DNA from: Rickettsiales bacterium
GTDB taxonomy: Bacteria; Pseudomonadota; Alphaproteobacteria; Rickettsiales; UBA6187
DNA length: 64,000 nt
Assembly: GCA_040507985.1 (NCBI GenBank)
Contig: JBEVNR010000012.1
Span: 111,905-175,904, forward strand
Direction of reading: 5' to 3'
The notes below the pieces were generated by a model, which had not been told where the DNA came from, did not search any database, and saw only the letters and a list, made by a program, of their open reading frames with translations. Positions 29,135-39,178 of this stretch are shown in pieces (the stretch's first letter is position 1; each line of letters starts with the position of its first letter). The translations under genes were made by a program, and so were the position numbers.

Positions 29135-29206
29135 TAGACCTCTTGCATAACCCGCTAAGGCGGAGCGGAGTAGACGGCCGCCATAGCAGGGTATGCAACA
29201 GATCTA
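29135..29206. repeat. Internally deleted RPE1-like element
   Basis: TAGACCTCTTGCATAACCCGCTAAGGCGGAGCGGA (1 mismatch to 28207) ... GGTATGCAACAGATCTA; terminal CTA is the alr stop codon. Confidence 0.8.
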
Positions 29207-30319
29207 TTGTTCGGCGTCGGACGCATGCAGATATCGACGAGCGACGCGCTCGCCTATGCCTGTAAAAATCTCGTACGGAATAGTTCCGCACCACGCCGCA
29301 AAGTTTTCCGCCGATATGCGGTCGCCGAAAATTTCTACGGGAGCGCCTTCATAGAGAAGCGCCTCCGGAACGGCGGTCGCGTCGACGACGGTTAAATCCA
29401 TCGACACCCTTCCCACGTAATGGCACGGCGTCTCGCCTATCATGCAATAGGCGCTTCCGCTTTTGGCAAGGGCGCGGGGCAGGCCGTCGGCGTATCCAAC
29501 CGGCAGGCATCCCAAAATCGTTCCGGCGGGAACGACGCGCTCCGATCCGTAGCCGACGGAGGTCGGCTCCGTCGTTCGGCGTATTTGGCATAAAAACGCG
29601 TCGAACCTGACCGCCGGCGTCAACGGGTTCGGACCGCATCCCGCATGGGGATGCGCCCCGTACAACCCTATTCCCGCGCGTATTTGGTCGAAGCGATAAG
29701 AAGAAGGCAGGAACGCGCCGGAGGAATTGGCCAGCGACAGGCGAACGTTCGGAAAAATGCTGCGCAACTCTTGCGCGCGGCGCAATTGTTCGGCGTTCAT
29801 CGGATTTTCCGGCGTATCGGCGCACGCCAAATGGCTTATGATTCCGCAAAGTTGCGAGTCCATTCGCTCGTTTGCCAGCGTTTGGCGCAAGGCGACGGCG
29901 TCGCTCGGAGAAAAACCGAAGCGCGCCATGCCGGTATCGACATGCGCCATAAACGGAAGCAACCGCCCCGTCTCCCTCGCTCGCTTTCGCCATAACTCGA
30001 CTTGGCGCAACGTATTTAAAACGGGAATAAGTTGGCGTTCCTCCGCAAGGCGACAATCTTCGATGGAAAACGGACCGGAGAAAAAAGCGAAACTACTTTT
30101 GCGCGCCGCCTCTCGGACGCGGCGGGAAATTTCAACGCCGAAACAGTAAAAAGCGAGGCAATTTTCCTCCGCCAAGGCCGACACGACCGCTTCGGCGCCT
30201 ATGCCGTAGGCGTTCGCCTTCACCACCGCCGCCGCTTCGGACGGCGACGCGCGCGAGGCCAACAAACTATAATTCGCCCGCAGCTTACGCAAATCGGCGG
30301 TTAAGACGCCTCCGTTCAT
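29204..30319 (-). CDS. alr: Alanine racemase
   Basis: AVVKANAYGIG, HVDTGMARFG, SHLACAD, SLANS, GYADG and GRVSMD motifs; ATG at 30319 chosen. Confidence 0.95.
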   Translation of the reverse strand: MNGGVLTADLRKLRANYSLLASRASPSEAAAVVKANAYGIGAEAVVSALAEENCLAFYCFGVEISRRVREAARKSSFAFFSGPFSIEDCRLAEERQLIPVLNTLRQVELWRKRARETGRLLPFMAHVDTGMARFGFSPSDAVALRQTLANERMDSQLCGIISHLACADTPENPMNAEQLRRAQELRSIFPNVRLSLANSSGAFLPSSYRFDQIRAGIGLYGAHPHAGCGPNPLTPAVRFDAFLCQIRRTTEPTSVGYGSERVVPAGTILGCLPVGYADGLPRALAKSGSAYCMIGETPCHYVGRVSMDLTVVDATAVPEALLYEGAPVEIFGDRISAENFAAWCGTIPYEIFTGIGERVARRYLHASDAEQ

Positions 30320-30426
30320 AGGTATGGCTGCCGGATGGTTCGGTTGAACGACGTCTAAACATATCATAGAGCCGAGCCGAGCCATAGAAAAAAGCGACGC
30401 ATTAAAACATGGCTCTTGACTAGCGC

Positions 30427-30723
30427 CTATCACTCTACGAGCGCCAGGTGCAGCAATTAGAAGAACAACGCATAATCATAAACGACAAAATCAAAAATTG
30501 CGGCGCTTTGGATAGCGTGATGGCCGAAGATGTTAGAACCGGATTTAATTTTCTTGAAAATCCCCAAAAATACCGGGCTTCGGCGGGGTTGGAAGGCAAA
30601 GGAATGGTGCTAAAAGCTACTTTCTCCGGCCCTTTGGGTATCACCGCAAAAGAGGATTTAGAACCGCCGCTCTCTCGCTCCCATTCTCGGTTTTAAGGGA
30701 GTTGAGTGAGGGTGATTCCGAAG
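30427..30723 (+). pseudogene. Frameshifted C-terminal remnant of a large serine recombinase at the tRNA-Leu 3' end
   Basis: LYERQVQQLEEQ...RTGFNFLENPQK...LEGK.MVLK.TFS.PL, then after a shift near 30637 YHRKRGFRTAALSLPFSVL...SEVV, running into the tRNA. Confidence 0.6.
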
Positions 30724-30810
30724 TGGTGCTCGCGGCCGGAATCGAACCGGCACGGGATTGCTCCCAACAGATTTTAAGTCTGCAGCGTCTACCTGTTCCG
30801 CCACGCAAGC
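30724..30810 (-). tRNA. tRNA-Leu(TAA)
   Basis: Reverse complement GCTTGCGTGGCGGAACAGGTAGACGC..GCAGA-CT-TAA-AA-TCTGT, long variable arm, GTTCGATTCC...CACCA; 87 nt. Confidence 0.95.
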
Positions 30811-30932
30811 CGACATTGCCCATAAGCGGACAACCTAGTTGCGCCATATTATGTATCGTCGGGGCTAAGGGCAAGTAAATTATGCCAAAACCTAACGAAA
30901 AATACATGATTGACGCGTAGCATGGATAACGC

Positions 30933-32099
30933 ATGCATATGAAAAAACCATCGCCGCCTCTTTTCCCGACGGCCGGCTTCAGCCTTATCGAGCTGAGCGC
31001 CGTGATCGCCGTCGCCGCCACGGTCACGGTCGGGTATTTGTCGTGGACGCAACCCAAACAAAAGAGCTTCGCCGAAAAAAGTCGCGTCACCGAAGCGAAG
31101 ATGCGCACCGTGGCGTCGGCCATCGAAGCGTTTAAGGTGAAGTACGGACGTCTTCCGTGTCCGGCCGACCCGTACCAACGCCGAAACGGCGAACGCGCCG
31201 AGGAAGCGCCGCCGAAAGAGTATTCTTCCGAATACGGCATGGAAAATATGGACGAGATCGAAACCGACGCCTTAAAAACGCTTGGATCCGATTGCCCGTT
31301 CAACTCCGGCATGGTGCCCGCCTATGCGCTCGAACTGTCGGAAGATTATTTCCTGGACGGATGGGACAGGCGCTTCACCTACCAGGTCAGCCGTCGCCTA
31401 TGCGGATCGGACGCCGGCGTGACGGGGGGGCTGCCCGCCGACGTTAGCCGCAACAAAGGGTGCACCAGAAGCGATTTTATGTCCGACGCCGGCGACATTA
31501 TCATAAAGGACGGCGCCGGCAATCGCCTTCGCGACAACGCGGCCTACGTGTTGCTTAGCCACGGACGCAACGGATACGGCGCGTTTTTGCCGAGCGGCGC
31601 GCGCGTGCCGTTTCCACCCGGCGCCTCAGCGACGGAAAAGGAAAACGCGAACGCTTATAGCTTCGCCTCTCCCGCCGCCTTCAATCCCGCCGAAAAGACG
31701 TTCGTTGACGCCCCGCGCACCGCCGGGGGCTACGACGACATCATTTATTATCGCACCAAAGCCCAGATTGAAACGCTGAGCGCCGACGAAAATCGCAAAT
31801 TATTGACTAAGGAGGAATGCGACGGCTTTCGCGACATAATCGCCTCTACGGATTTCGACTATCTCTTAACGCAAGCCAAACAAAACGACGCGCTTAACGC
31901 CGCGATGAAAAAAGGCGCCTCCAATCCGGGAGACGCCGCGCTCATGATGATTTTAGACAGCCTGCAACGCATATGCGGCAATAAAAAATATTATAACTAC
32001 TCGGCCTCGGACTATCGCTGCCCGAAAGACGCGAAATGGAACGCGACGACGCAAGCCTGCGAGTGCCTTGGCGCCGATTGGGACAACTGCCAGCCATGA
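30933..32099 (+). CDS. Large type IV prepilin-like protein with Cys-rich C-terminus
   Basis: AG|FSLIELSAVIAV; GRLPCPA, DGWDRRFTY and YVLLSHGRNG segments; ends CPKDAKWNATTQACEC...C. Confidence 0.85.
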   Translation: MHMKKPSPPLFPTAGFSLIELSAVIAVAATVTVGYLSWTQPKQKSFAEKSRVTEAKMRTVASAIEAFKVKYGRLPCPADPYQRRNGERAEEAPPKEYSSEYGMENMDEIETDALKTLGSDCPFNSGMVPAYALELSEDYFLDGWDRRFTYQVSRRLCGSDAGVTGGLPADVSRNKGCTRSDFMSDAGDIIIKDGAGNRLRDNAAYVLLSHGRNGYGAFLPSGARVPFPPGASATEKENANAYSFASPAAFNPAEKTFVDAPRTAGGYDDIIYYRTKAQIETLSADENRKLLTKEECDGFRDIIASTDFDYLLTQAKQNDALNAAMKKGASNPGDAALMMILDSLQRICGNKKYYNYSASDYRCPKDAKWNATTQACECLGADWDNCQP

Positions 32100-34966
32100 T
32101 CCCCATGCCCGCCATGATAAAAAAACTTCTCCTCCGCGCGTTTTTCGCGAGACGCTTTTCCCCCCTAAGAGGCTATACCCTCGTAGAGCTTTCCGTCTCC
32201 ACCAGCATTATCGCCATATTAGCGGTCGGGGCGCTCGCCATGATCCAAAAGAAGAACGAAGCCGACAACGTGCGCGAAACCCACATGAAACTCGGCGCGA
32301 TCAAGGCGGCGATAGATAAGTTCGCGCGCGTGAACGGACGCATTCCCTGCCCGGCCTCGCCGTCGCTGCCCGAAAGCTCCACCTATTTCGGCAAGGACCA
32401 AAAAGCCTCGGACGCGGGAGGCGACGCGCCCATATTTGACGACGTCGCCGTGAAATGCGTCGGTCCCGACGTTAACTTCAACGCCGGGGCCGTGCCGGTG
32501 CGCACGCTCAACCTTTCCGACGATTTTACCTATGACGGATGGAATCGTAAATTTATTTATAAGATAACTCCGGCGGCGGCGGACGCCAAAAAATTCCTAA
32601 AGCCAAGCTTTCGCGGAGACATTCGCGTGGTTGATTTGCGCGGAAACAATAAAACTGACGTCGACAACGCCCCCCCCAACAACCAAGGCGCGTTATACGT
32701 GTTAATCAGCTACGGCAGTAACGGCCGCAACGTTGCCTGGGGGCGCGCTCTCACGGACGGCGACGCGCTCACGGCGCCGGACCCGTCCCAGGCCGTTGGT
32801 TTCGAGCAGCAAAATTTGCGGCACGAGCGCGGCATCTACATACAAGACGATCCCTCCGAAGGATTTGACGACGCGGTGGCGTTCGGATCGAAATCGAAAG
32901 TGTCTCCTCCAAAGGAAACCTACCTTCCCACCGCCCTGCACGCCGACGCATGCAGCAATGCCGATTTTCTTTCCGCCCGGCCAGAATTGCTGGAGGGTCT
33001 GGGAGGATCGAAACCCATGAGGGAAAAACTCGTCGAGGCCGCGACGACCTTGTCGGCCCTGTGCGACTACAGCCCGAAAACCGCCAACATCTCCCAAACC
33101 GTGGCGGCGACGGAAGACGTGGCGTTTCGTTTCGACGCCGACCGTCCGGCGCTGGACGGATCGCAACCGGGAAGCAACGTCGCGACCACTTGGCAAGACG
33201 CGCAAGGAAAAACCGCGCGACCGACAGGCGGCTCCATCTATCGCAGCGCGTCGATTAACGGACGCCCCGCGTTTAAAAGCTCCGGGGGATATTTCGCCTT
33301 TGATTCGGCGCCGGAGGGCATGGACGCGGCGGACGAAAAACAATATTTCGGCCGGACCCCGGACAACGAACAACAATTCACCTTTTTCATGGCGATTCGC
33401 ACCGGCACCAACGTGATGACGAGCCAAACGCTGTATTCGAGCGGAGGAAATTTTTCCGTGTTCATCGAAAGCGCCAAGCTAAAGGCGCGCATCGGCAACG
33501 TGACGATCTCCGCCGCCAACAACGCCACGCCCGAAACCAATTACGTCGTTTCCCTCGCGCGGGGCAAGGACGGATACGCGCTTATCCTCAACCAGGAAAC
33601 GGGATTGACGCATTCCTCCTCCCTGCCCGCCGCCACGATAGGCCAGGCGCAATATCTGAGCGGCGCGAACGGCGCCGGGTATTTTACCGGCGCCATAGGC
33701 GAAGCGATTTTATACCGTTACATGCTGCCGCAAAAACGTTTTTACGAAGTCATTTTGGCGCTCTCCTCGAAATGGGGGGCGATTTTTAGCTTTAACGCCA
33801 ATTCCCCGGTTTCCTGCCCGTATAAGGGGCAGGAATATATCCGGACGCCTTCCGATCCGGAGTTGAAATGCCAATGCCCGGACGGAACGGTGCTCAACAG
33901 CCAGATGGGCGTCTCGAACGCCTGCATCCAGGACAGTTCCGCCGTGGGGGAATGCGTGCCAGTCGCCAAATACGATCAGGAACAGATAGAGCAAGCGACG
34001 GCGGCGAACAATAAAAAAATTCTCCTCCCGAGCGACTTCTCCGACCTGTTGCTATGGCTGGACGCGGCGGATTGCTCGACCGTGTCGCTAAAATCCGGCA
34101 GAAAAGTCGCCGTCTGGCAAGACAAAAGCGCGCAACGCAACGATTTTTCCATGGACGACGCCGCCTACATGCCGACCTACGAAAACATCAATTCCGCCGG
34201 CACGTTTCAAAACCAGCCTCTCGGCACGATGCGCTTTAGCCGGTTGGAGAAAAACCGCCTCGTGAATTCCAAGTGCCTGGGACAAAACTGCACCGACCTC
34301 TATATGGGAAAAACGGCGCCGAGCGCTATTTTAAACGTTCCCTACCGCCAGGCGTCGATTTACGTCGTCGCCCAAATCGTGTCGAATACCGAACAGGCGC
34401 CCTACACGTTATTTAACAGCGGCACGCACGATTGGGGAATAAAATTAAAATATAACGGCATTCCCTATATGTACATGCGCCCCCTTTCTTCCTATTCGGG
34501 GATTCAAGGAAATTTCGTGGCCGATAAAGTGCAATCCGGCCCGACCTACGCGGCTTACGGCAACGCCTACCATATTTTTCACGGCTATATTCAGGCGTCG
34601 CAATCCACCGACCAGGCGTTAATTCAGGCGCCGAAAATGGAGATGTACGTGGACGGACTTGGCGCCTTATACGACCAGGTGTGGACGATGAAAATTCAAA
34701 ACGGAGTTGACGGATACGCCTATCCCAACACGGTCAACGGAAAATTTTACACCGATCGCGGCCTAGCGCCTTTCCCTTTCGCCTACGACGCGAGCCAGCC
34801 CAATACGATCGGCGGCGCGCTATCTTCCGGCGTCACCAACCCGGATTGGTTTGACGGGCGCATCGGCGAAATCGTCGTCATAAAAGACTACATGAACGAT
34901 AAGGTCGATAAAAAAGAGGCGATTCTGAGGTATTTAAACTGCAAATGGCGAAATGCGTGCAACTAA
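32096..34966 (+). CDS. Very large prepilin-like adhesin with two LamG-like jelly-roll domains
   Basis: RG|YTLVELSVSTSII; shares GRIPCPA, DGWNRKFIY and YVLISYGSNG with the upstream gene; FRFDAD and LLWLDAAD starts and G.IGE...L..KW ends of two repeats; ATGA overlap. Confidence 0.85.
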   Translation: MIPMPAMIKKLLLRAFFARRFSPLRGYTLVELSVSTSIIAILAVGALAMIQKKNEADNVRETHMKLGAIKAAIDKFARVNGRIPCPASPSLPESSTYFGKDQKASDAGGDAPIFDDVAVKCVGPDVNFNAGAVPVRTLNLSDDFTYDGWNRKFIYKITPAAADAKKFLKPSFRGDIRVVDLRGNNKTDVDNAPPNNQGALYVLISYGSNGRNVAWGRALTDGDALTAPDPSQAVGFEQQNLRHERGIYIQDDPSEGFDDAVAFGSKSKVSPPKETYLPTALHADACSNADFLSARPELLEGLGGSKPMREKLVEAATTLSALCDYSPKTANISQTVAATEDVAFRFDADRPALDGSQPGSNVATTWQDAQGKTARPTGGSIYRSASINGRPAFKSSGGYFAFDSAPEGMDAADEKQYFGRTPDNEQQFTFFMAIRTGTNVMTSQTLYSSGGNFSVFIESAKLKARIGNVTISAANNATPETNYVVSLARGKDGYALILNQETGLTHSSSLPAATIGQAQYLSGANGAGYFTGAIGEAILYRYMLPQKRFYEVILALSSKWGAIFSFNANSPVSCPYKGQEYIRTPSDPELKCQCPDGTVLNSQMGVSNACIQDSSAVGECVPVAKYDQEQIEQATAANNKKILLPSDFSDLLLWLDAADCSTVSLKSGRKVAVWQDKSAQRNDFSMDDAAYMPTYENINSAGTFQNQPLGTMRFSRLEKNRLVNSKCLGQNCTDLYMGKTAPSAILNVPYRQASIYVVAQIVSNTEQAPYTLFNSGTHDWGIKLKYNGIPYMYMRPLSSYSGIQGNFVADKVQSGPTYAAYGNAYHIFHGYIQASQSTDQALIQAPKMEMYVDGLGALYDQVWTMKIQNGVDGYAYPNTVNGKFYTDRGLAPFPFAYDASQPNTIGGALSSGVTNPDWFDGRIGEIVVIKDYMNDKVDKKEAILRYLNCKWRNACN

Positions 34967-35019
34967 ACGCATATTACGGCGTTATTGCCGAACGGCTTAG
35001 AGCCGTTTACGGTCCGGCT

Positions 35020-35460
35020 CTAAGACAGCGACGCTTGCCTGGCCGCGTCGCACGCCAGTTTGTCGGCGAGATCGTTTTCGGGATGGCCGGAATGTCCCTT
35101 CACCCATTTCCACTCGACGCGATGCCTGGCCGCTTCCGCGTCGAGGCGTTGCCAAAGGTCAACGTTTTTAACGGGTTGCCTTGAGGCCGTTTTCCAGTTT
35201 TTTTTCTTCCAGCCCTCCAGCCATTCCGATATGCCTTTTTGAACGTAGACGCTATCGGTATATAATTCCACCTCGCACGGCTCTTTGAGCGAGGCCAGCG
35301 CTTCTATGGCCGCCGTTATTTCCATGCGGTTATTTGTGGTATCGGCCTCGCCGCCGGAAACGTTTTTTTGCGCGGAGCCGAAACGCAGGATGGCCCCCCA
35401 CCCTCCCGGTCCGGGATTTCCCTTGCAGGCGCCGTCGGTGTAAATAACAACCTTTTTCAC
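35020..35460 (-). CDS. rnhA: Ribonuclease HI
   Basis: [30 protein letters not shown] and [13 protein letters not shown] motifs; GTG at 35460. Confidence 0.97.
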   Translation of the reverse strand: MKKVVIYTDGACKGNPGPGGWGAILRFGSAQKNVSGGEADTTNNRMEITAAIEALASLKEPCEVELYTDSVYVQKGISEWLEGWKKKNWKTASRQPVKNVDLWQRLDAEAARHRVEWKWVKGHSGHPENDLADKLACDAARQASLS

Positions 35461-35464
35461 CGGA

Positions 35465-36022
35465 TTAGTAAGAGGCGAGAATGATAAGCAACAGCGACGC
35501 GGCGGCCGGAAAAAGAAGCTCGACCAATCCGGCGGTTTTGGCGTCGGTATGCAGAAGGGTTTCGGCGCCGTAAGAGTCAACGTCGGACGCATCCTCCAAT
35601 AGCAGTCCGATTGCGGACGCGGAGGAAAGCATAAACGTCAATACGTAGGTCGCGCCTTGTTGCCAAAACGTAAGAAAAGCGAAACCTAATGCCAATTGCA
35701 GGGCGGCAAAGACAACCGCATACGAAGGAAAAAATTTTGCGACGGGATCATAGACCGAAAAAGATGCGATAAATTTTTTCGGGTGCAAACATTTATATAT
35801 GGCGAACGTGGCCAGCATCACCCCCACGGCGCCGTGCAGAAAGCCCACGAATCCGAGTTCGGTGGCCTTCGCGAAAGCGACGCCGACGCCGATCATGGCA
35901 AAAAAGGGAAAGGCTCGCGTCACGTGGCGTTCGTGCGCGATAAAAGAAACGAAGGCAGATATGGCTCGCCATGCGCCGGCGACGGAAACCGTTTTATCTC
36001 CGAACGCGAAAGAAGTTTTCAT
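35465..36022 (-). CDS. MauE/DoxX-like membrane protein
   Basis: FAIYK.L..K.F..SF..YD.VAK..P.Y....LQLALGF segment; 4-5 TM helices. Confidence 0.6.
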   Translation of the reverse strand: MKTSFAFGDKTVSVAGAWRAISAFVSFIAHERHVTRAFPFFAMIGVGVAFAKATELGFVGFLHGAVGVMLATFAIYKCLHPKKFIASFSVYDPVAKFFPSYAVVFAALQLALGFAFLTFWQQGATYVLTFMLSSASAIGLLLEDASDVDSYGAETLLHTDAKTAGLVELLFPAAASLLLIILASY

Positions 36023-36119
36023 GCGCGGACCTCCGCCGTTACATTATTATCAATTCATGACATTTACTTAAGAGGTGCTTATACAATCTTTTTATTACGG
36101 TTTTTTAAAAAACGGACTT

Positions 36120-37088
36120 TTATTGGGTACGTGTGAGGCCGTCGCCGGCTTTATACCCCTTTGGCACGAAAAAAGCAGCGGCTTCGGCGGAAAGCAGGAA
36201 GTTTTCCAGCTTACGCGCCTCCGCCATTTGCTCTCCCGCAATAACGGCAAGTTGATAGATAATAGGCTCGTGGGCGTCGCGCGGCACGGCATAGATCACG
36301 TCGACGTCGCGACGACGTTCGGCGGCGCTTTTATACATAAGGCCGACGCCTTTTTTCGCCGCGACATGTTTAACGACGTCGCCTTGCGTCGCCACATGAA
36401 CGAGGTGCGACGCAAACAAGGCGGAAGATTTCGACGTATCTCCGGAAGAATGAAGGTTGCGGCGGGAAGCTTGCGCCTCGGGCAATCCTCGATCGTTAAG
36501 GGCGACTGCTTGCGGCTCTGCGAAGGGCGAGACGTCGTAGCCCAGCGCGCGTTGCACGGCTTGTAGCGCTTCGGCGGAATATATTCCGAGCGACGTCACG
36601 TCCGGCCGTACGACGGCAAAAATATCGCGCTTCTGCGCCAATTCGTTGATGGCGGTCGGGTAATCCAGGCCGAGCAACGTTTTTTTGATCGCAATTGCCT
36701 CCTTGCCTGCGGCGGCGACGACGACCAATGCGTCTTCCACGAAGTTGGCGATGGAATAGACGTCGAGCAAGCCCATTTGCTTGAGTTTTTGATTCCATAT
36801 CGGATGCGAGGCGACGATAAGATCGGCCATGTCCCCTTCGGCGATGTCTTCGAGTCGGTAATTCGACGGGGTGAAGTTGATTGTCGTCGCCATGTCGTTT
36901 TGACGGGAATATTCTTGCAGGGCGGGGACAAGCGGCATGATTTCCGCGCCGGACACTATCGTTAAGTGCGCGTCCTCCCGCAGAAAAGACGTGCCGGCGA
37001 AGGCCGTCTTTTCTCCCCTTCCTATGCCGGCAAATCCGACCGCAAAAAATACGGCAAAATATACGAGGCGACGCGCCGTCCGGAGCAT
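36120..37088 (-). CDS. Divergent ModA-like periplasmic anion-binding protein
   Basis: Signal peptide, ADLIVASH, N.LVVV, G.Y..EAL, G..Y.S.A and H.PI.Y.LAV pattern, with an internal insertion. Confidence 0.65.
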   Translation of the reverse strand: MLRTARRLVYFAVFFAVGFAGIGRGEKTAFAGTSFLREDAHLTIVSGAEIMPLVPALQEYSRQNDMATTINFTPSNYRLEDIAEGDMADLIVASHPIWNQKLKQMGLLDVYSIANFVEDALVVVAAAGKEAIAIKKTLLGLDYPTAINELAQKRDIFAVVRPDVTSLGIYSAEALQAVQRALGYDVSPFAEPQAVALNDRGLPEAQASRRNLHSSGDTSKSSALFASHLVHVATQGDVVKHVAAKKGVGLMYKSAAERRRDVDVIYAVPRDAHEPIIYQLAVIAGEQMAEARKLENFLLSAEAAAFFVPKGYKAGDGLTRTQ

Positions 37089-37105
37089 GGCAAATTTCCG
37101 TCCAT

Positions 37106-37150
37106 AAAAATAAAAAAGGGTCCGCGAAACAAAATTCGCGAACCCCCTTT
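37106..37150 (-). terminator. Rho-independent terminator of the porin gene
   Basis: On the minus strand GGGGTTCGCGAA-loop-TTCGCGGACCC followed by TTTTTTATTTTT. Confidence 0.7.
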
Positions 37151-37167
37151 AAAATATCTTGCGGGAA

Positions 37168-38406
37168 CTAGAAGTTCAAGCCAAGACCGGAGATAAAGAC
37201 GGTGCCTTCGTTGTCAGCAACGGCGGTGTTGTCGTCGGTGTTAAAGAAGTTAACTTCGACGTAAGGAACAAGGCCGGGAGCCAATTGGTAGTCGGCGCCA
37301 ACGGAAATGTTTTGGAACTCGGAATCGCGACCGGCAACCAGATCGTTTTCGATTTCGGATTGCAGATACGTGACGGAAGCTCCGATCGGGCCGTATACGT
37401 AGGCGCCGCCCAACGTAAAGTAGCTGGCTTCGGTGCCAAGGGCGGCAATGCGTCCGAACTCGTCGGCGCGACCGTAAGAACCGCCAAGCTCAAAGCCGGC
37501 AAAATTCGCGGTCAAACCTAAGTTGTACGATTTCAGATCGTCGTGGCCGCTCGCGCCGCCCGCCGCAGGATCTTGGAAGTCGCCCATTTGGCCGGTGGCG
37601 GACGCTTCAAACCCTACGCCGTTATATTGGTTTTTGTAGTGTACGCCGGCGTCGACGACGTTTTCAAAGCTGGCGGTCAAGCCGTTAGCAACGTCAACCG
37701 CAGAAGCGAATTCGGACGAAAAGCCTTTTTCCGTACCGCGTTCTTGCGTGTCCGGAGTGAATGACGCACCGGCGCGCAGGCCATAAATGTCGGGCGTGAT
37801 GTAGGTTAACTTGTTCGCCGTTTGACGCTCTTCTTCGATACCGTTGTCAACGGAGAACGGATCAACGTCGTTCGCCAAGCCGGGTTTGGAATAGAAGGTC
37901 GCGTTGGTCGCTCCCGCTCCGCCTACGCCGTCAAGGTCAACGTAACGGTCGAAGTCGCCGGCGATGCCGCCCGCGCCGCGCGCCAAGGTTTCCGCTCCGA
38001 CTTGAAATTGACGGGCAACGCTGGTGGTGGCACCGCCTTCAACGCGACCGGCCATGCTTTCTACATAGAGAAAGGTTTTGCCCGCGTTTTGTCCTCTGTC
38101 GCTTACGTCGCCGGGAGCGTTAACGTCCGCTTCGAGCGTAATGTGCGCGCCGTACTTCAATCCGGCGTCGGTTTCGCCGTCCACGTCAACGAAAAGAGCG
38201 GTGTCGGTCGCGCTGTTATAGCCGCGAGACAAGGTACCGGCCGCGCCTTTGGACAAGTTGACGGAAGATTGATAGGCATCTTCTTGAGAAGCCGCGCCAA
38301 CTTGAAAATCGGCGTAGCCGCCGAGTTTAATGGTGGGAGACGCCGCGTTTGCGCCGCCGGCCACGAACAGACCCACCGCAGTGGTAGCCAGTAACGTTTT
38401 TTTCAT
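37168..38406 (-). CDS. Outer-membrane porin (alphaproteobacterial type)
   Basis: MKKTLLATTA signal, LGGY, GLKYGA, KLTY.TP, GADY.LAPGL..Y.E, terminal Phe. Confidence 0.92.
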   Translation of the reverse strand: MKKTLLATTAVGLFVAGGANAASPTIKLGGYADFQVGAASQEDAYQSSVNLSKGAAGTLSRGYNSATDTALFVDVDGETDAGLKYGAHITLEADVNAPGDVSDRGQNAGKTFLYVESMAGRVEGGATTSVARQFQVGAETLARGAGGIAGDFDRYVDLDGVGGAGATNATFYSKPGLANDVDPFSVDNGIEEERQTANKLTYITPDIYGLRAGASFTPDTQERGTEKGFSSEFASAVDVANGLTASFENVVDAGVHYKNQYNGVGFEASATGQMGDFQDPAAGGASGHDDLKSYNLGLTANFAGFELGGSYGRADEFGRIAALGTEASYFTLGGAYVYGPIGASVTYLQSEIENDLVAGRDSEFQNISVGADYQLAPGLVPYVEVNFFNTDDNTAVADNEGTVFISGLGLNF

Positions 38407-38572
38407 GATGAAATAGTCCCTAATTTGTTGTCGTCGCTATTGCGAGGTTCTGCCGATCGCCCGGCAATACCCTATTATTACGCCGACGCGCCCACGGAAC
38501 GCAAAACATACTCGCCTCGCGTCGCATGAAAAGCGCGCATTATCGCTGCATGTGGCAAAAAAAACACGTTTT

Positions 38573-39178
38573 TTACGATTTCGTAGAACATTCCGAATAA
38601 AAAAAAGAAACGCCCGCCACCCCGCACGCGCCTTCGCGAACGACCTCGCTCCAATTGTCGCGCGTCACTCCCCCAAGCGCGAAGGCAGGCTTCCCGCTTA
38701 GGTCTCGAAGCCGCCTGAAGCCTTTCGCCCCGAGCGGGGCGCCGGCGTTTTTGTGGGATACGGCAAAAAAAGGCGAGACGACGACGGCTTGTAACGGAAA
38801 GGCCGCCGCCTCCCTCGCGTCGCCTTCGTCATGGACGGAACAGGTCAGCGTCCGATCGAAAATCGTCTCTTTGGCGCTCAAAGCAAAGACGCGCGCATGC
38901 TTCGGGAGATGAAAGCCTAAAAATAAAGGGGAGTCCGGCAAAATTTTTCTTGCGTCTTCCTCGCGCTGCAAGGCGACAAGATACGAAACGCCCTTATCTT
39001 CGCACGCACGGACGAGGGAGTCGACGCGTTTTTGCCTGGCGTTTCGGTCGGGCCCATATTCGCGGATGACGACGCCGACGTCGCCGGACAAGGAAAGGAT
39101 GACGCGTTCGGGGGAAGGTTTGCCCGCGCGCGTCTCGGACATATATAAAAATAGCGGCAACCCCTTAGAGGGCGTCAT
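38573..39178 (-). CDS. Thiamine phosphate synthase-like (ThiE/TenI) protein
   Basis: GFHL, SVHD..D, SPFF...HK.AG.PLG, FALGGV and GVAGVS motifs. Confidence 0.75.
   Translation of the reverse strand: MTPSKGLPLFLYMSETRAGKPSPERVILSLSGDVGVVIREYGPDRNARQKRVDSLVRACEDKGVSYLVALQREEDARKILPDSPLFLGFHLPKHARVFALSAKETIFDRTLTCSVHDEGDAREAAAFPLQAVVVSPFFAVSHKNAGAPLGAKGFRRLRDLSGKPAFALGGVTRDNWSEVVREGACGVAGVSFFYSECSTKS

Noticed and set aside
30448-30696. 82-aa ORF as an independent small gene
   Set aside because: Better explained as part of the frameshifted recombinase remnant
38540-38575. Sigma-54 promoter or operator upstream of the porin gene
   Set aside because: Only a TGTGGCA half-site is present; no GG-N10-GC spacing or partner half-site could be supported
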